Below, piece by piece: positions 30,258 through 44,142 of a stretch of 64,000 nt of DNA. Origin of the DNA: Eledone cirrhosa (lineage: Eukaryota). The position numbers were made by a program, and so were the translations under genes. The stretch covers positions 71,001 to 135,000 of the forward strand of contig CAXHJY010000949.1 of assembly GCA_964016885.1 (NCBI GenBank), written 5' to 3'. The notes under the pieces are model-generated. The model searched no databases. It saw only the letters and a list, made by a program, of their open reading frames with translations, and had not been told where the DNA came from. Each line of letters starts with the position of its first letter. Positions within the stretch are counted from its first letter, which is position 1.

Positions 30258-33200
30258 TCATCATCATCATCACCATTTTACGTCCTTTCTTCCATGCTAG
30301 CATGGGTTAGACGGGTTGTCCTGTTGTGGGCAGTGTCTGGTCGACTGACTATGCCTTCTCCATACAGAAACTGATTTGGCTTGATTTCTACAGTTGGATG
30401 ACCTTCCTAACACCAACCTCATTTACAGTGAGTGCTGGGTGCTTTTTCGTTGCGCCTACACATCCACTTTACAGTGTGGGCTGGGTTATTTTTTGCTGTG
30501 GCACCTCCACGACCACCTTGCGGTGAGGGCATATTGTCTATATGCTTCGTCGGGTACTCTGTATTACTGCATGACGCCAGAGGTCACGGTCGTGTGTCAT
30601 CGCCTTTGAGAGGTGTAATTGGGTAAGGTCGGCTTTTATCACCTCATCCCAGGTCATCTTGGGTCTCCCCACTCCGCGGTTTCCATTGACTTCTAGTGCT
30701 CTGCACCTTTTTATGCAGCTGTCATCCTTCGTACGCATCACATGTCCATACCAATGCAACCGCCTCTCCTGCACACAGCATTTGATTCCTCTTATGCTCA
30801 GTCTCTCTCTCAATTCGTTTATGCTTTGTCGTTCGCATATATTACTATTACACATCCATCGGAGCATGCAGGCTTCGTTTCTCTCTAATCTACGTAAATC
30901 TTCCACCTTCAGCGCCTAGGTCTCACTACCATGCAACATCGCTGTTCGGATACACGCATCATACAGTCTGCCTTTCATTTTGAGGGAGCAGCCTTTTGCA
31001 GCTAGCAGTGGTAGTAGTTCCCTAAACTTCTTCCATCCCGTTCTTACCCTAGTTATTGTACTTTCTGAACACCCATCTCCGCTGCTAATTCGGTCACCTA
31101 GGTAGCAGAAGCTGTCTACTGTTTCTACAGCGCCCTCCCAGAGATTGGTGGTACTTGTTTCCTGTGGCTGTTTGCTGCTTCCTGTCCCAGCACAGCTGCT
31201 ACATGTGAAGCCTTCATTCTTAATTAAGCTTCCTGAGATCCCGCTACATCTCTTGTGTACCCATTGTTTGCATTTGGGACAGAGAATGGAGTTCCTACCT
31301 ACACCTTTCCTACATACTGGGCAAGGCCATTTCCCTGAGGGGATCTGGGTTCTGTTTTCTTGTGTACTTACAAGAACCTTAGTCTTTGTCATGTTGACTT
31401 TGAGACCCTTTCTTTCTAGTGCTTGCTTCCAAGTTTGGAATTTCTTCTCTAGTTCTACCATAGATTCAGCTATAAGTGCGAGGTCATCAGCATACAGAAG
31501 TTCCCATGGGCATCCGGTCTTAAACTCCTCCGTTATTGCCTGCAGGACTATGATGAACAGGAGGGGGCTAAGAACAGAGCCCTGGTGGACCCCAACCTGT
31601 ATGCTAAATTCATCGCTATACTCATTGCTAATCCTAACTTTGCTGACTGCTCCCCTATACATGGCTTGTACCGCTTTCACAAGCCATTCATCTACTCCTA
31701 GTTTTCTAAGAGCCCACCAGATTACAGCACGTGGAACTCTGTCAAAGGCTTTCTCAAGGTCGACAAATGCCAGGTAGAGTGGCTTACTTTTAGCTAGGTA
31801 CTTTTCCTGTAACTGCCTGACAAGGAAGAGGGCATCAGTGGTGCCACTTCCTGGTACAAACCCAAATTGCATCTCGTCTAGTTTCACCCGGTCCCTAATC
31901 AACTGTGCTATAACTCTTTCTGTTACTTTAATGACCTGGTCCATCAGCTTTATACCTCTATAGTTTCCTCTATCTAGTGCATCACCTTTACCTTTGTAGC
32001 AGTTGACAATGATGCTACTGCACCAATCTTTTGGTATGACACCTTCTAGTATTACCTGGTTAACAATACGTGTGGTTATAGTGTGACCTGCATCTCGGCA
32101 GCTATACCCGATGGACCGGTTGCCTTCCCCATCTACATATCTTTGATTGCCTTACTTACTACACTGCTGCTGACTTGTACTGCTGGCCCCTCTATAGGGT
32201 CTACTTGGAGTAGGGTCTCTTCTTCCCATGCATTCTCCTCATTTAGTAATCTATCATAATGACTCTTCCATGCATCTTTCTTCTCAGCACTTGTGAGGGC
32301 AAGCTCACCTTTATCATTCCGGATACACTTCTCTCCAATGACATCACAATTCTCTCTGACATACTGCCTCGCAATCCTGAACACCTCCTGTTTCTGGTCC
32401 TCACGTTGCAAAACATGCTTGAATTTTCTATCCTCTGCTTCCCTCCTACCTAAGTATACTTGTCGCCTAGCTTCCCTCTTCGTCACTATGTAATGTACCC
32501 TGCTCCCCCCATTCTTCCATTCTTTCCATGCCTGTCTCTTGGCCTTAACTGCTTCATCTACCTTACTGTTCCACCACCAAGTCATTCTCCTCCGTCGCAT
32601 CTAGTAAGTTATTTTTTAGGAACTCCCAGTTCTCTTCTAGATTGAATGTTTCTATCTGTTCTTCTTTACTGTCGTAGGCGTTGAATATAATATCTTTAAA
32701 TCTGTTACTGGTTGAGGGGTCTTTTAGCTTCCAGATCTTTCTTCTCCAGGTTGGCCTCTGTTTCCAGGTTCATCTAGTTCTGACTGTGAGGCCGCTGACA
32801 ACTAAGCTATGTTGGGATTTACATTCCTCACTAGGGAAGACTTTTGTGTTTATGACCGTCCATCTATCACGTCCTCTGATGAGGATAAAATCTATCTGAC
32901 TAGAGTGCTGCCCTGATCTATAGGTGATCAGGTGGCTGTCAGGTTTTTTGAAGTTTGTGTTACATATCGACATGTCATTGGCATTGCAGAATTCTAGAAG
33001 TCTGAATCCTTCCTCATTTCTTGTGCCAACCCCATGGCCTCCATGGACTCTATTGAAGCCGTCGCAGTCTTTACCTACATGTCCGTTAAAATCTCCTGCG
33101 ATGATTAGGAAGTCATTGTCATTATTAGAGCAGTAGTATGCATTAGGGACTCGTAAAAACCTATCCTTAAGTTCGTCTGGCAACCCCAATTGGGGTGCAT

Positions 33201-33437
33201 AAGCTGATATTATTGTGGTAATTGTTTTATTCAGGACTAGTCTGAGTTTAATGATTCTTGCATTTACCCTGTACACTGAGATTACTTTAGCTACCCACTT
33301 GTCAGCTAGTAGTATACCTACACCACCCATCCCATCGTCATTTCCCACCCATAAAAATTTGTAGCACCGACTTTTTCCTACAAGGACTCTAGCAGACTCT
33401 CCTCTCCTTCTAGTCTCTTGCACACAGCATACATCAA
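30258..33437 (-). mobile_element. Near full-length disrupted RTE-clade LINE: APE endonuclease, RT with PHD insertion, 3'UTR, (GAT)n tail
   Basis: APE motifs [23 protein letters not shown]; RT motifs QFGF, FVDLEKAFD, GVHQGSVLSPLLF, YADD; stops, frameshifts and small deletions. Confidence 0.95.
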
Positions 33438-33438
33438 T

Positions 33439-33496
<58 letters not shown>

Positions 33497-33550
33497 TATA
33501 TATATATACACATATATATATATATATATATAGATATATATATATACACA

Positions 33551-33582
<32 letters not shown>

Positions 33583-33583
33583 C

Positions 33584-33646
<63 letters not shown>

Positions 33647-33653
<7 letters not shown>

Positions 33654-34003
33654 GTGAGGTTTTTTTTACAAAATGAAAAATAACCGAGGTGTCCTACACG
33701 AGTGAAAGTATAAAGAAAAAGAGATGAAATCGAAAATGCAACTGGAGTCATATTTTTTAAAAAAATATACATATTTATTTGGTTCCTTTACCGGTTTCGC
33801 AGTTCTTCTGCTTTACAAAAGGTGAGTTGAGATGGAGGGTCTGTGGTTTTTCTCACATCAGATGTGAGAAAAACCACAGGCCCTCCATCTCAACTCACCT
33901 TTTGAAAAGCAGATGAACTGCGAAACCGGTAAAGGAACCAAACAAATATATATATTTAAAAAAAAATAAGACTCCAATTGCATTTTCGATTTCATCTCTT
34001 TTT

Positions 34004-34010
<7 letters not shown>
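33647..34010. mobile_element. Foldback family C complete copy (about 150-bp arms centred at 33860)
   Basis: Inverted repeat 33709-34010 plus a 60-bp unique extension, (TA)n flanks. Confidence 0.8.
33898..33935 (+). ncRNA. Minimal type I hammerhead ribozyme, U3-A8 core variant
   Basis: Stem I CCTT/AAGG, core TTGAAAA, stem II GCAG/CTGC, GAAA, palindromic CCGG, UA site. Confidence 0.75.
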
Positions 34011-34070
<60 letters not shown>

Positions 34071-34080
34071 CATATATATA

Positions 34081-34604
34081 TCATCATCATCATCATCATC
34101 ATCAACGTTTAACGTCCGTGTTCCACGCTTGCATGGGTTTGGACGGGGGTAGTCCCACTTGAGGCAAGAGTGATTGTCTTGCTCGCATAGGACTGTCTGG
34201 CAGGTTTTCTACAGTTGGATGCCCTTCCTAACACCAACCACATTTACAGTGTGGGTCTGGGAGGTTTTTACCGTGTTGCCTACACGGCCACATTACAGCG
34301 TGGACTGTGTGTTTTTTTGTCGTGACACCTACACGATCTCATTTGTTTCGGCCTCGATGGCGCGGCACCAACATAACTTTACATAGAACGGGGTGGTGTG
34401 GATGGGGTGGGGGTGGGGGTGGTGGGGCGGGGTGTATTTTGTTAGGGATGCCTACTGGCTGGAGTAGGTTTTACTATATATTTAGGTAAGGCGGGTCTTC
34501 TCTGTTACTGAGTACCGCCAAAGGTCTCGGTCCAGTGACATTGTCTTGGAGAGGTGTAAGTGTGTGATGTCGGAGTTTATCAGCTCGTCCCAGGTTTTTC
34601 TAGG
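34081..34604 (-). mobile_element. Short 5'-truncated RTE LINE (3' end)
   Basis: Near-identical to the 3' end of 60620-61676. Confidence 0.9.
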
Positions 34605-35572
<968 letters not shown>

Positions 35573-35573
35573 A

Positions 35574-35791
35574 GTGAAGGTGTGTGGCTGAGTGGTTAGA
35601 GAATTGGATTCACAATCGTGAGATTGTGAGTTCGATTCCCGGACCGGGCGATGCGTTATGTCCTTGAGCAAGACACTTTATTTCTTGTTGCTCCTTCTAC
35701 CTGGAGTTGCGACCGATAGATAGTATTAGCAACTGGAAATACCAATGGAAACATTGTTTCCTCGGTCCGATTTGATGAAAGTCGATTGTTC

Positions 35792-35795
<4 letters not shown>
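35574..35795 (+). mobile_element. CORE-like tRNA SINE with an alternative 3' tail
   Basis: A box TGGCTGAGTGG, B box GAGTTCGATTCCC, TGTCCTTGAGCAAGACACTTTATTTC; tail unrelated to the 4756 copy. Confidence 0.75.
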
Positions 35796-35860
<65 letters not shown>

Positions 35861-36887
35861 GCTTGTTTTGAATGTTTATGTGGGTGTACATAGCTTAGCA
35901 ATTCGGCAAAAAACAAGTGCGTGAAATTAAGTTACCTAACTTGAACAAAAGAAGTACTTTTGTTGATATAACTGACTAATTCAAGGCATTGCTCTAGCAT
36001 GGCCATATGACTGAAACTAGTAAAAATATAAAAGTGTATGTATTTGATTGGAAAGTGGGTTTTTGATGTTGAATAAATTTAACCAATGTTATTTATTCGC
36101 CTTCTTCAATTACTAAACTTAACTAACGAAGGTTATGGTTCCTACTTTAACTAAACCAAAATATATTAGAAGCTAACTAACTGTAATGAATAGCTTTTGT
36201 GGTTTTGCAACCATTGTTATTTTACACAGACACACACACACACACACACACATATATACATATATATATACATACACACCACAATATATACATAGACATA
36301 CACATACACCCCCACATGTACATATATACATACACATATATACACCCACACTCATACATAATTACATACACATATATACACACACACACACTCATACATA
36401 CTTCAATGCATACATATTGCATACATATATACATACATACTTACGTACATACACACACACACACACACATATATATATGTATATATACCCACATGTACAT
36501 ACATACATGTATGTGTGTGAGAGTATGTATGTATATATTTACATGATATATGATATATACATGCATCATCATCATTTAACAACCATTTTCCCAGCTAGTA
36601 AAGGTGATTTGATTCATGAAACAGTTCTTGTCCTGTAGAAGTGATTTCTATATGTAATAAATATGGTTAGTCTCTACTAATATGCTAAGTACCTTATCTA
36701 ACTTTGATTTCTTTCCAATACCCTTTGGAAATCCATCCTTAATTATACATACAGTACATACAAATTTATATATATATACAAATATATATATATATCATCA
36801 TCATCATCATCATAGCTTTGACTCATGGTAATATGAAAACATCATCATCATCATCACCATAATCATTATTGTTGTTGTTATTAATAT

Positions 36888-37095
36888 TGGTGGTGGATTG
36901 GCAGTATCGATAGAGCGTTGCTGCATAGAGTTGAGACCCTTTACGTTCTGAGTTCAAATCCCGCCAAGGTTAGCTTTGCTTTTCATCCTTACTGGGTCAA
37001 TAAAGGAAAGCACCAGTAATGTACTGGAGGCGATTAGTTGACTTTCCTCTTCCTTACAAATTGCGGGCCTTGTGCTTAAAGTATAAACAATTATT
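36888..37095 (+). mobile_element. SINE, Meta-like family
   Basis: GGATTGGCAGTATCG, GAGTTCAAATCCC, CTTTTCATCCTTACTGGGTCAATAAA. Confidence 0.8.
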
Positions 37096-37231
37096 ATCAT
37101 TTTTCCATGTAAGTATGGGTTGGACATATTGTCATATTTCAAGATCAAACAAGTCAAAAGGATCAATCTTGCTCATTACATTCCATATTTGGCAAGGCTT
37201 TTACATTTGGATGCACTTCCTAACACCAGCC

Positions 37232-38010
37232 ACCTTACAGAGTGTACTAGGTGTATTTTTTGTGACACCAGCTCTACCATTTTACAATGTGGTGGTCCAT
37301 GTGTATTTATCATGACACCACTACTAACACTTTACAGAGTGTACTAGGTGTATTTTTTGTGACATCAGCTCTACCATTTTACAATGTGGTGGTCCATGTG
37401 TATTTATCATGACACCACTACTAACACTTTACAGAGTGTACTAGGTGTATTTTTTGTGATACCAGAACTACCATTTTACAATGTGGTGGTCCATGTGTAT
37501 TTATCATGGTACCACTACTAACACTTTACAGAGTGTACTAGGTGTATTTTTTGTGACATCAGCTCTACCATTTTACAATGTGGTGGTCCATGTATATTTA
37601 TCATGACACCACTACTAACACTTTACAGAGTGTACTAGGTGTATTTTCTGTGATACCAGAACTACCATTTTACAATGTGGTGGTCCATGTGTATTTATCA
37701 TAGTACTACTACTAACACTTTACAGAGTGTACTAGGTGTATTTTTTGTGACACCAGCTCTACCATTTTACAATGTGGTGGTCCATGTGTATTTATCATGA
37801 CACCACTACTAACACTTTACAGAGTGTACTAGGTGTATTTTCTGTGACACCAGAACTACCATTTTACAATGTTACCACCACTAACACTTCACAGAAAGTA
37901 CTAGGTGTAATTCTTATCACACCAGAACTACCATTTTACAATGTGGTGGACTGTGTGCATTTTATCATGGTACTACTACTAATACTTTACAGAGTGTACT
38001 AGGTGTATTA
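37232..38010. repeat. 97-bp dimeric minisatellite (about 7-8 copies) grown from an RTE/SINE 3'UTR remnant
   Basis: ACAGAGTGTACTAGG recurs at 37237, 37334 and onward; preceded by the RTE-tail motif TTCCTAACACCAGCCAC. Confidence 0.85.
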
Positions 38011-38759
38011 TTCTAAAATAATTTGGCAACATGCTTGTTTACCTTATTTAAGGCTAATGCTAGCATAACACCTCTTTCTGCTACTTCTGAGGTAGACATT
38101 TGGCCATTGGTGGAAATATTGTAAATCTTTCTTTTTTGTATTCTTTTTGACAAGAAATTAGTTTAAAATGTTTAAAAGCAAACTTTTATTCTACTTTAGC
38201 TAATGGGGGTTGACTTGGAAGAACTTAAAAACCCTCCCATTTCTAAATCTGGAATAAAAACACATTTAAATTTCTTTTTTTTTATTTTCCATAAGTTAAT
38301 CTGGTTAAAAAATTAATTTTTCATTGAGTTCTGACATGGTTGTCCATTTACCTTAACGTACAGCAACAACAACAATAATAATACAAGGAGAAAATATATA
38401 AAAATTTGTACTGGTTTCTCAAATTTAATTGTTTAATTTTCATGAAACGACATGATCTATGATTGAAAATCTAATCAGGAGGGGAAAGAAAGAAAGAAAG
38501 AAAGAAAGAAGAAAGAAGGAAAGAAATATTAAAACTGAAAAAAAAAAAAAAAAAATAATAATTATAAAAAATATCAAAATAAAACAAAAACCAATAAAAT
38601 AAGAAAAATTAAAAAAGAGACTTACTTGACATTTTAAATTAAATTTGAAATATTTGACATGGAATTATTTAAACTTTGGGAAAGAAGTTTTTAAAAAATA
38701 ATAAATCTAAACAAAATATGATATAAAGATATATTTTTTAAAAGAAAACAGCATCGCCA

Positions 38760-39525
38760 ACACCAACACCAGAAACCACCAATACCCTCACCACCATCAT
38801 TACCACTGCTGTCACACCACAAACTACCAAGGCCATTACCATCACCACCAATACCATCACCACCATCATTACCACTGCTGTCACACCACAAACTACCAAG
38901 ACCATTACCATCACCACCAATACCATCACCACCATCATTACCACTGCTGTCACACCACAAACTACCAAGACCATTACCATCACCACCAATACCATCACCA
39001 CCATCATTACCACTGCTGTCACACCACAAACTACCAAGACCATTACCATCACCACCAATACCATCACCACCATCATTTCCACTGCTGTCACACCACAAAC
39101 TACCAAGACCATTACCATCACCACCAATACCATCACCACCATCATTTCCACTGCTGTCTTCACCAACACCATCAGCTGTTACCACAAACCACCAACACCA
39201 TCACCATTACCATCACCACCATCATAGTCACTGGTATCACGACAAACCACCAACACCATCACCACCACCACATTCACAGCTGTCACCACAAACCACCATT
39301 ACTATTACCACAAACCACCACCACCACCATCATCATCACCACCATCATATTCACTGCTGTCACCACAAACCACCATTACCATTACCACAAACCACCACCA
39401 CCACCATCATCATCACCACCATCATATTCACTGCTGTCACCACAAACCACCATTACCATTACCACAAACCACCACCACCACCATCATCACCACCACCATC
39501 ATATTCACTGCTGTCACCACAAAAC
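38760..39525. repeat. 69-bp then 77-bp CAC-rich minisatellites
   Basis: 23-aa periodicity in ORF 38691-39185; TTCAC(A/T)GCTGTC spaced by 77 bp from 39273. Confidence 0.85.
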
Positions 39526-40004
39526 CCCACCAAAAACAAAATTACCAATATAAAGGAAATATTTTTAAAAAAAGCTACTATTTTTTGGAAATTGTTCACA
39601 CAGCAATATCTCTTTTGTTAAATATGTAACATAAAATTAATGGATTAACAATTATTTTTAACATCTCTTTCTAATTAATTGATTAAAGACACTGCATGCA
39701 AAAAAAATGTCAATACAGAATTGATTGTTGAAATAACAGCATTTATCCAATATTGGACATAGATTAATAGTGTGTGTGTATATTTGGTTTGTACTCACAC
39801 ACACATACAAACTATATATATATATATATATATATATAGTGGGAAATGAAGGAAAAATTATGATATATATATGTAACTCTTTATTTCATATTTAGTTTTA
39901 TATTGGAAAATGTTTTACCAGTATTTGATAAACAACTACCTACCTGGGAAAAGGTGATATTAAATGAAGATGAACTATAAAATTGTGTACACACACACAT
40001 ATTT

Positions 40005-40400
40005 CATTATAGAAACGACTTCTACGGGATTAGAACTGTTTCATTGATAAGAAATCATCAGGACTTTCCTGGTGTATAGACACCTATACTCTTCTAATAT
40101 ATTGAATACCTTTTTTAATTGTGGTCACCTCACAATATACATAGATACAACAGACAATCAACTTGGTGTATTTTGTGTTGATTATTAATAAATTTATTAA
40201 TTCTGTTAATGATAATGGCATCCTTAATTTCCAAATTTCTGATGTTCCATTCTGTGGCTTTTGTAGTGACTATGTCATAGGTGTGACATATTTCTAGAAC
40301 AAGCAGTTGTATAGATGTCTTCTTTAATCTGGTGTTGCCATTTAAAGACCTTACCTCTGAGTTAGGAGCTGTTAAATTGATAACGTGTGAGGTACAACAC
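40005..40400 (-). mobile_element. Degenerate Penelope-like 3' end: possible endonuclease C-terminus followed by a family D HHR motif
   Basis: RNLEIKDAIIINRINKFINNQ resembles the GIY-YIG terminal E..I...N motif; CTGATGATTTCTTATCAATGAAACAGTTCTAATC downstream (40061-40028). Confidence 0.5.
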
Positions 40401-40486
40401 ATGAAACCTCAAGCATACATTCACATTGTTGATAGAAGAGTTGACTAGTGTACACTTATCTCTGTGTAGACATTGATAGCCCTTAA

Positions 40487-40701
40487 CCCTTTAGCATTTA
40501 AACCGGCCATATCTGGCCAGCATTCTCTCATTTCTTTCTCACACATAACTGGCCGCTCATACTTATGATAAAGTATTGTTCTCAAAATAAATAATAACAA
40601 AATCTCATAGATTTGATATTATGTGAGATAATTATGTAAGATAAAGCTTTTACCACAAAAATACAATAGTAAACATATAGAGTAATGTAAATGCTAAAGG
40701 G
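40487..40701 (+). mobile_element. piggyBac-type MITE
   Basis: TTAA target duplications, 14-bp TIR CCCTTTAGCATTTA / TAAATGCTAAAGGG. Confidence 0.9.
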
Positions 40702-40885
40702 TTAAAAGATATTTCATCATGGAGGACCCAGATTGCATTAGTTTTCTGTTCAGTCTCTTTGAAATTACTTAAGCATATAGGTCTAACTGAGCAGACCTCT
40801 GATCCTAAACATCTCCACTGAGACCTTCCTCTCTTATTGTTATGCAACATTATCCAAGGTAGTCTTATCAATGATATGGTTTTAA

Positions 40886-41093
40886 CCCTTTAGCATTTAC
40901 ATTACTCTATATTTACTATTGTATTTTCATGGTAAAGGCTTTATCTCACATAATATCAAATCTACAAGATTTTGATATCATTTATTTTGAGAACAATACC
41001 TTAACATTAGTATGAGCAGCCAATTACAACCGGTTTGAAAAGAAAGAGGTGAAAGAACTCTGGCCGGTTATGGCCGATTTAAATGCTAAGGGG
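40886..41093 (-). mobile_element. piggyBac-type MITE, second copy in inverted orientation
   Basis: TTAA-CCCTTTAGCATTTA..TAAATGCTAAGGGG-TTAA. Confidence 0.9.
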
Positions 41094-41924
41094 TTAAGAC
41101 TATACAGTATAGTTTAACTCCTTTCATTACCATATTTCTAATGAAATACAGTGTAATTGAAATTCTGTTGACTGAGTATATCAAGAGAAATGCTATAACA
41201 AATTGTTCAAAGTCTGCTCCTACCCTAATATATCATCTGCATAGTGATCCCACTCAACAGGATGGAGAAGACATTGCTTTGAATGATGGTGAATGAGATG
41301 TGCTGGAACAGCCACTCCACCTCACAGGGCCCACACCTATGGGAAGCCAATTAGTTACTATTAGAGAAGGTAACACTATATCAACAATGTTGTAATTAGG
41401 CTGATTCTCATTGGTCAAGATGTCATGTGGTCAAACAGATCAAAAGAATGGATCAAAAGCAGAAAGTCTTCAGAGAAGTACTCCCGCTCCACACACACAC
41501 ACACCTCATGCAAGTGTTTTGACCCTTAAAAGAAGTGTAAATGAAAGGATGTGATTAGAACCTGTGACAGTCATATCTAAGTCTATAGCAAGTCTGATAC
41601 ATTAATAACATTAGATTTATTTGGTGACTTTTAGTATATTTTTACACGTTTTTTTTTGTAATATTTAAATAATTTTTTTCTCATACTCTGATGAACAAAT
41701 ATTTTTTTAGAATCAAACCAGAAAATCAAATCAAAGCACAAAGAACAATAAAACAAACATAAAAATTAATAAAAATTTTAGAAAACCAATGACATTTTTC
41801 AAATTTGCTGTACAACAACAACAACTAATAATAATAATAATGATTTCTACTATAGGCACAAGGCCAGCAAATAAGGATAACAAAATATAATAGTAAAAAT
41901 AATAATGATAATGATGCTGGTTTC

Positions 41925-42620
41925 TTCAACCATCACCATCATCACCAACAACATTATTACCAACATCAATACCATCACAGACATCACCATCATCACCAAC
42001 AACATTATTACCAACATCAATACCATCACAGACATCACCATCACCACCAACAACAACAATATAATGAATATCATTGCCATTACCATCAACAATCACCACA
42101 ACCACCATCATCTCCATCTTAACCACCACCTCTACCAAAACCATGTCCACCACCATCACTGCCACTTCCACCACCAACTCCACTGCTCCATTACCACCAC
42201 TAACATCTCCACTTTCACCACCATCTCCACTACAACGACCACCACAATTTCCACCACTAACACCACCATCAGCTCCATCAACATCACCCCACCACCACCA
42301 CCACCAGCTCCATCAACATCACCCCCCCCCCCAACTCCATCACCCCCCCACCCACCCACTAGCATCTTCAACATCACCACCAACATCATCTCTGCCACCA
42401 CCACCTCTACCACCATCTTCAACATCACCACCAACACCATCTCTGCCACCACCACCTCTACCACCATCTTCAACATCACCACCAACACCATCTCTGCCAC
42501 CACCAACACCACTTTCCACCACCAACTCAACCATAACCATCTCCACTCCCATAACCATCACCCCAACCATTTCCATCACCAAATCTATAATACCAGTTCC
42601 ACCAACACCCCTGCCCCACC
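41925..42620. repeat. (CAC/CAT)-rich low-complexity tract with 45-bp and 42-bp local duplications
   Basis: Direct. Confidence 0.85.
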
Positions 42621-42862
42621 AAATAAATAACAATAATAATAATAGTATTGATAATAAAAAGTAATTGGAAAACTAAATACATATGACATTTAAGAAATGG
42701 GTTGACATAGCAATTTCTCTTTTGTTAAATATTATGATTAATGATTTTAATTACGTAGTTTAGATGTGATGAAGCAGCTTCTTGGTTTAATTAATTGTTA
42801 AAGTCAATGTGAAGTAGTTCACTGTTTTAGCTAAAGATATTTCTCCGTCGTAAACATATATA

Positions 42863-43290
42863 TCTTCTTCTTCACCCATTTATTTCTGAGAGGGTTGTGG
42901 AAGCAGAGTCCTCAAATACACCTTCCAGCAGCTTCTGTCAGAAGCAAATGTCTCCAATTTATCCAGCTGGATCTACAAGTGAAACCAGCTGAGCTCATGG
43001 ATCTTATCCAAACATCTTGCTCAAAGTCTACCCCTGGGCCTCCTGCTGATAGGTGTTGCCATATAAAATCTGTTCAGTGATTCTTTCCTGAGACATTCTA
43101 ACCCCATGTCCATAATAGCAAAGCTCTGATCTCTCAATTTGGAGAAGTAGCATCTCTACCTGGAGTAACTCTCCGATTTGTAAGCTGTACACTCTATCAA
43201 GAAATGTTACTCCAGAGACCCTTTCAGAGGAATCCATTTCAGCCACTTGTATTCAAAAGATGCACTCTACCAATCAGTATTGAGTGCTCA
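42863..43290 (-). mobile_element. Old RTE-clade (Expander/Rex3-like) 3' fragment with (GAA)n tail
   Basis: AEM..RVSGVTFLDRV..LLLQIERSELCYYGHGVRM. Confidence 0.65.
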
Positions 43291-43385
43291 TTCAGTTATT
43301 ATTTGAATGTTCTAAACAGTACAGTATCTTATATACGCATTCGATTTTATATATATATATACACCACACACATACATAAACATAT

Positions 43386-43428
<43 letters not shown>

Positions 43429-43946
43429 TAGTACTATATATTGCTAATATAATGTAAGTAATATTTCATTTCCAATTGATTATATGATGTATACATTTTT
43501 TATGCAAGATATTAAAATTGTTGTGCCTATAACAATATCTATGTGAGTGCCCTCTGCTTGGTTTTTTTAGTGCTAAATTTGCATCGAGGCGTTATTGATC
43601 AACAAGTCAATATTTCTATGTATCGATATTTACATTCCACACACACGCATAAATATATATTACTCGATATCTACCCCTAAATATAATGACCACCACCACC
43701 ACTCCCACCCCAACCAGTATGAAATCTATAAATATCAACAACTTACTATGTCACCCAACATTCCTGATAATTTCATACAAATGAAACCATTTTATTATTG
43801 TAGAAACCATTTCTATATTAAATATTGATATATGTATTGAGATATATATATATATATATATTTTCATTATTATTAAGGGTTATCACTGATGACCCTGTCA
43901 TAAACAGGCAAAACTCCAGAGTAACAAGACTCACAATTTTGCCTTA

Positions 43947-44142
43947 ATAATAATTGTTTCTACTTTTGGCACAAGGCCAGCAATTACCCAGTGTATTACT
44001 GGTACTTTATTTTATCGACCCTGTAAGGATGAAAGGCAAAGTTAACCTCGGCGGGATTTGAACTCAGAATGGCAAGGGCAGTAACTCTATACGTCAAAGC
44101 AGGGCGTCCAACGCTCTACCAATACTGCCAATCCACTGCCCT
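43947..44142 (-). mobile_element. SINE, Meta-like family, full length
   Basis: Near-identical to 50658-50838 and 53586-53781. Confidence 0.9.

Noticed and set aside
38691-39185. Gly/Asp-rich repeat protein ORF
   Set aside because: In-frame 69-bp CAC-rich minisatellite without coding context
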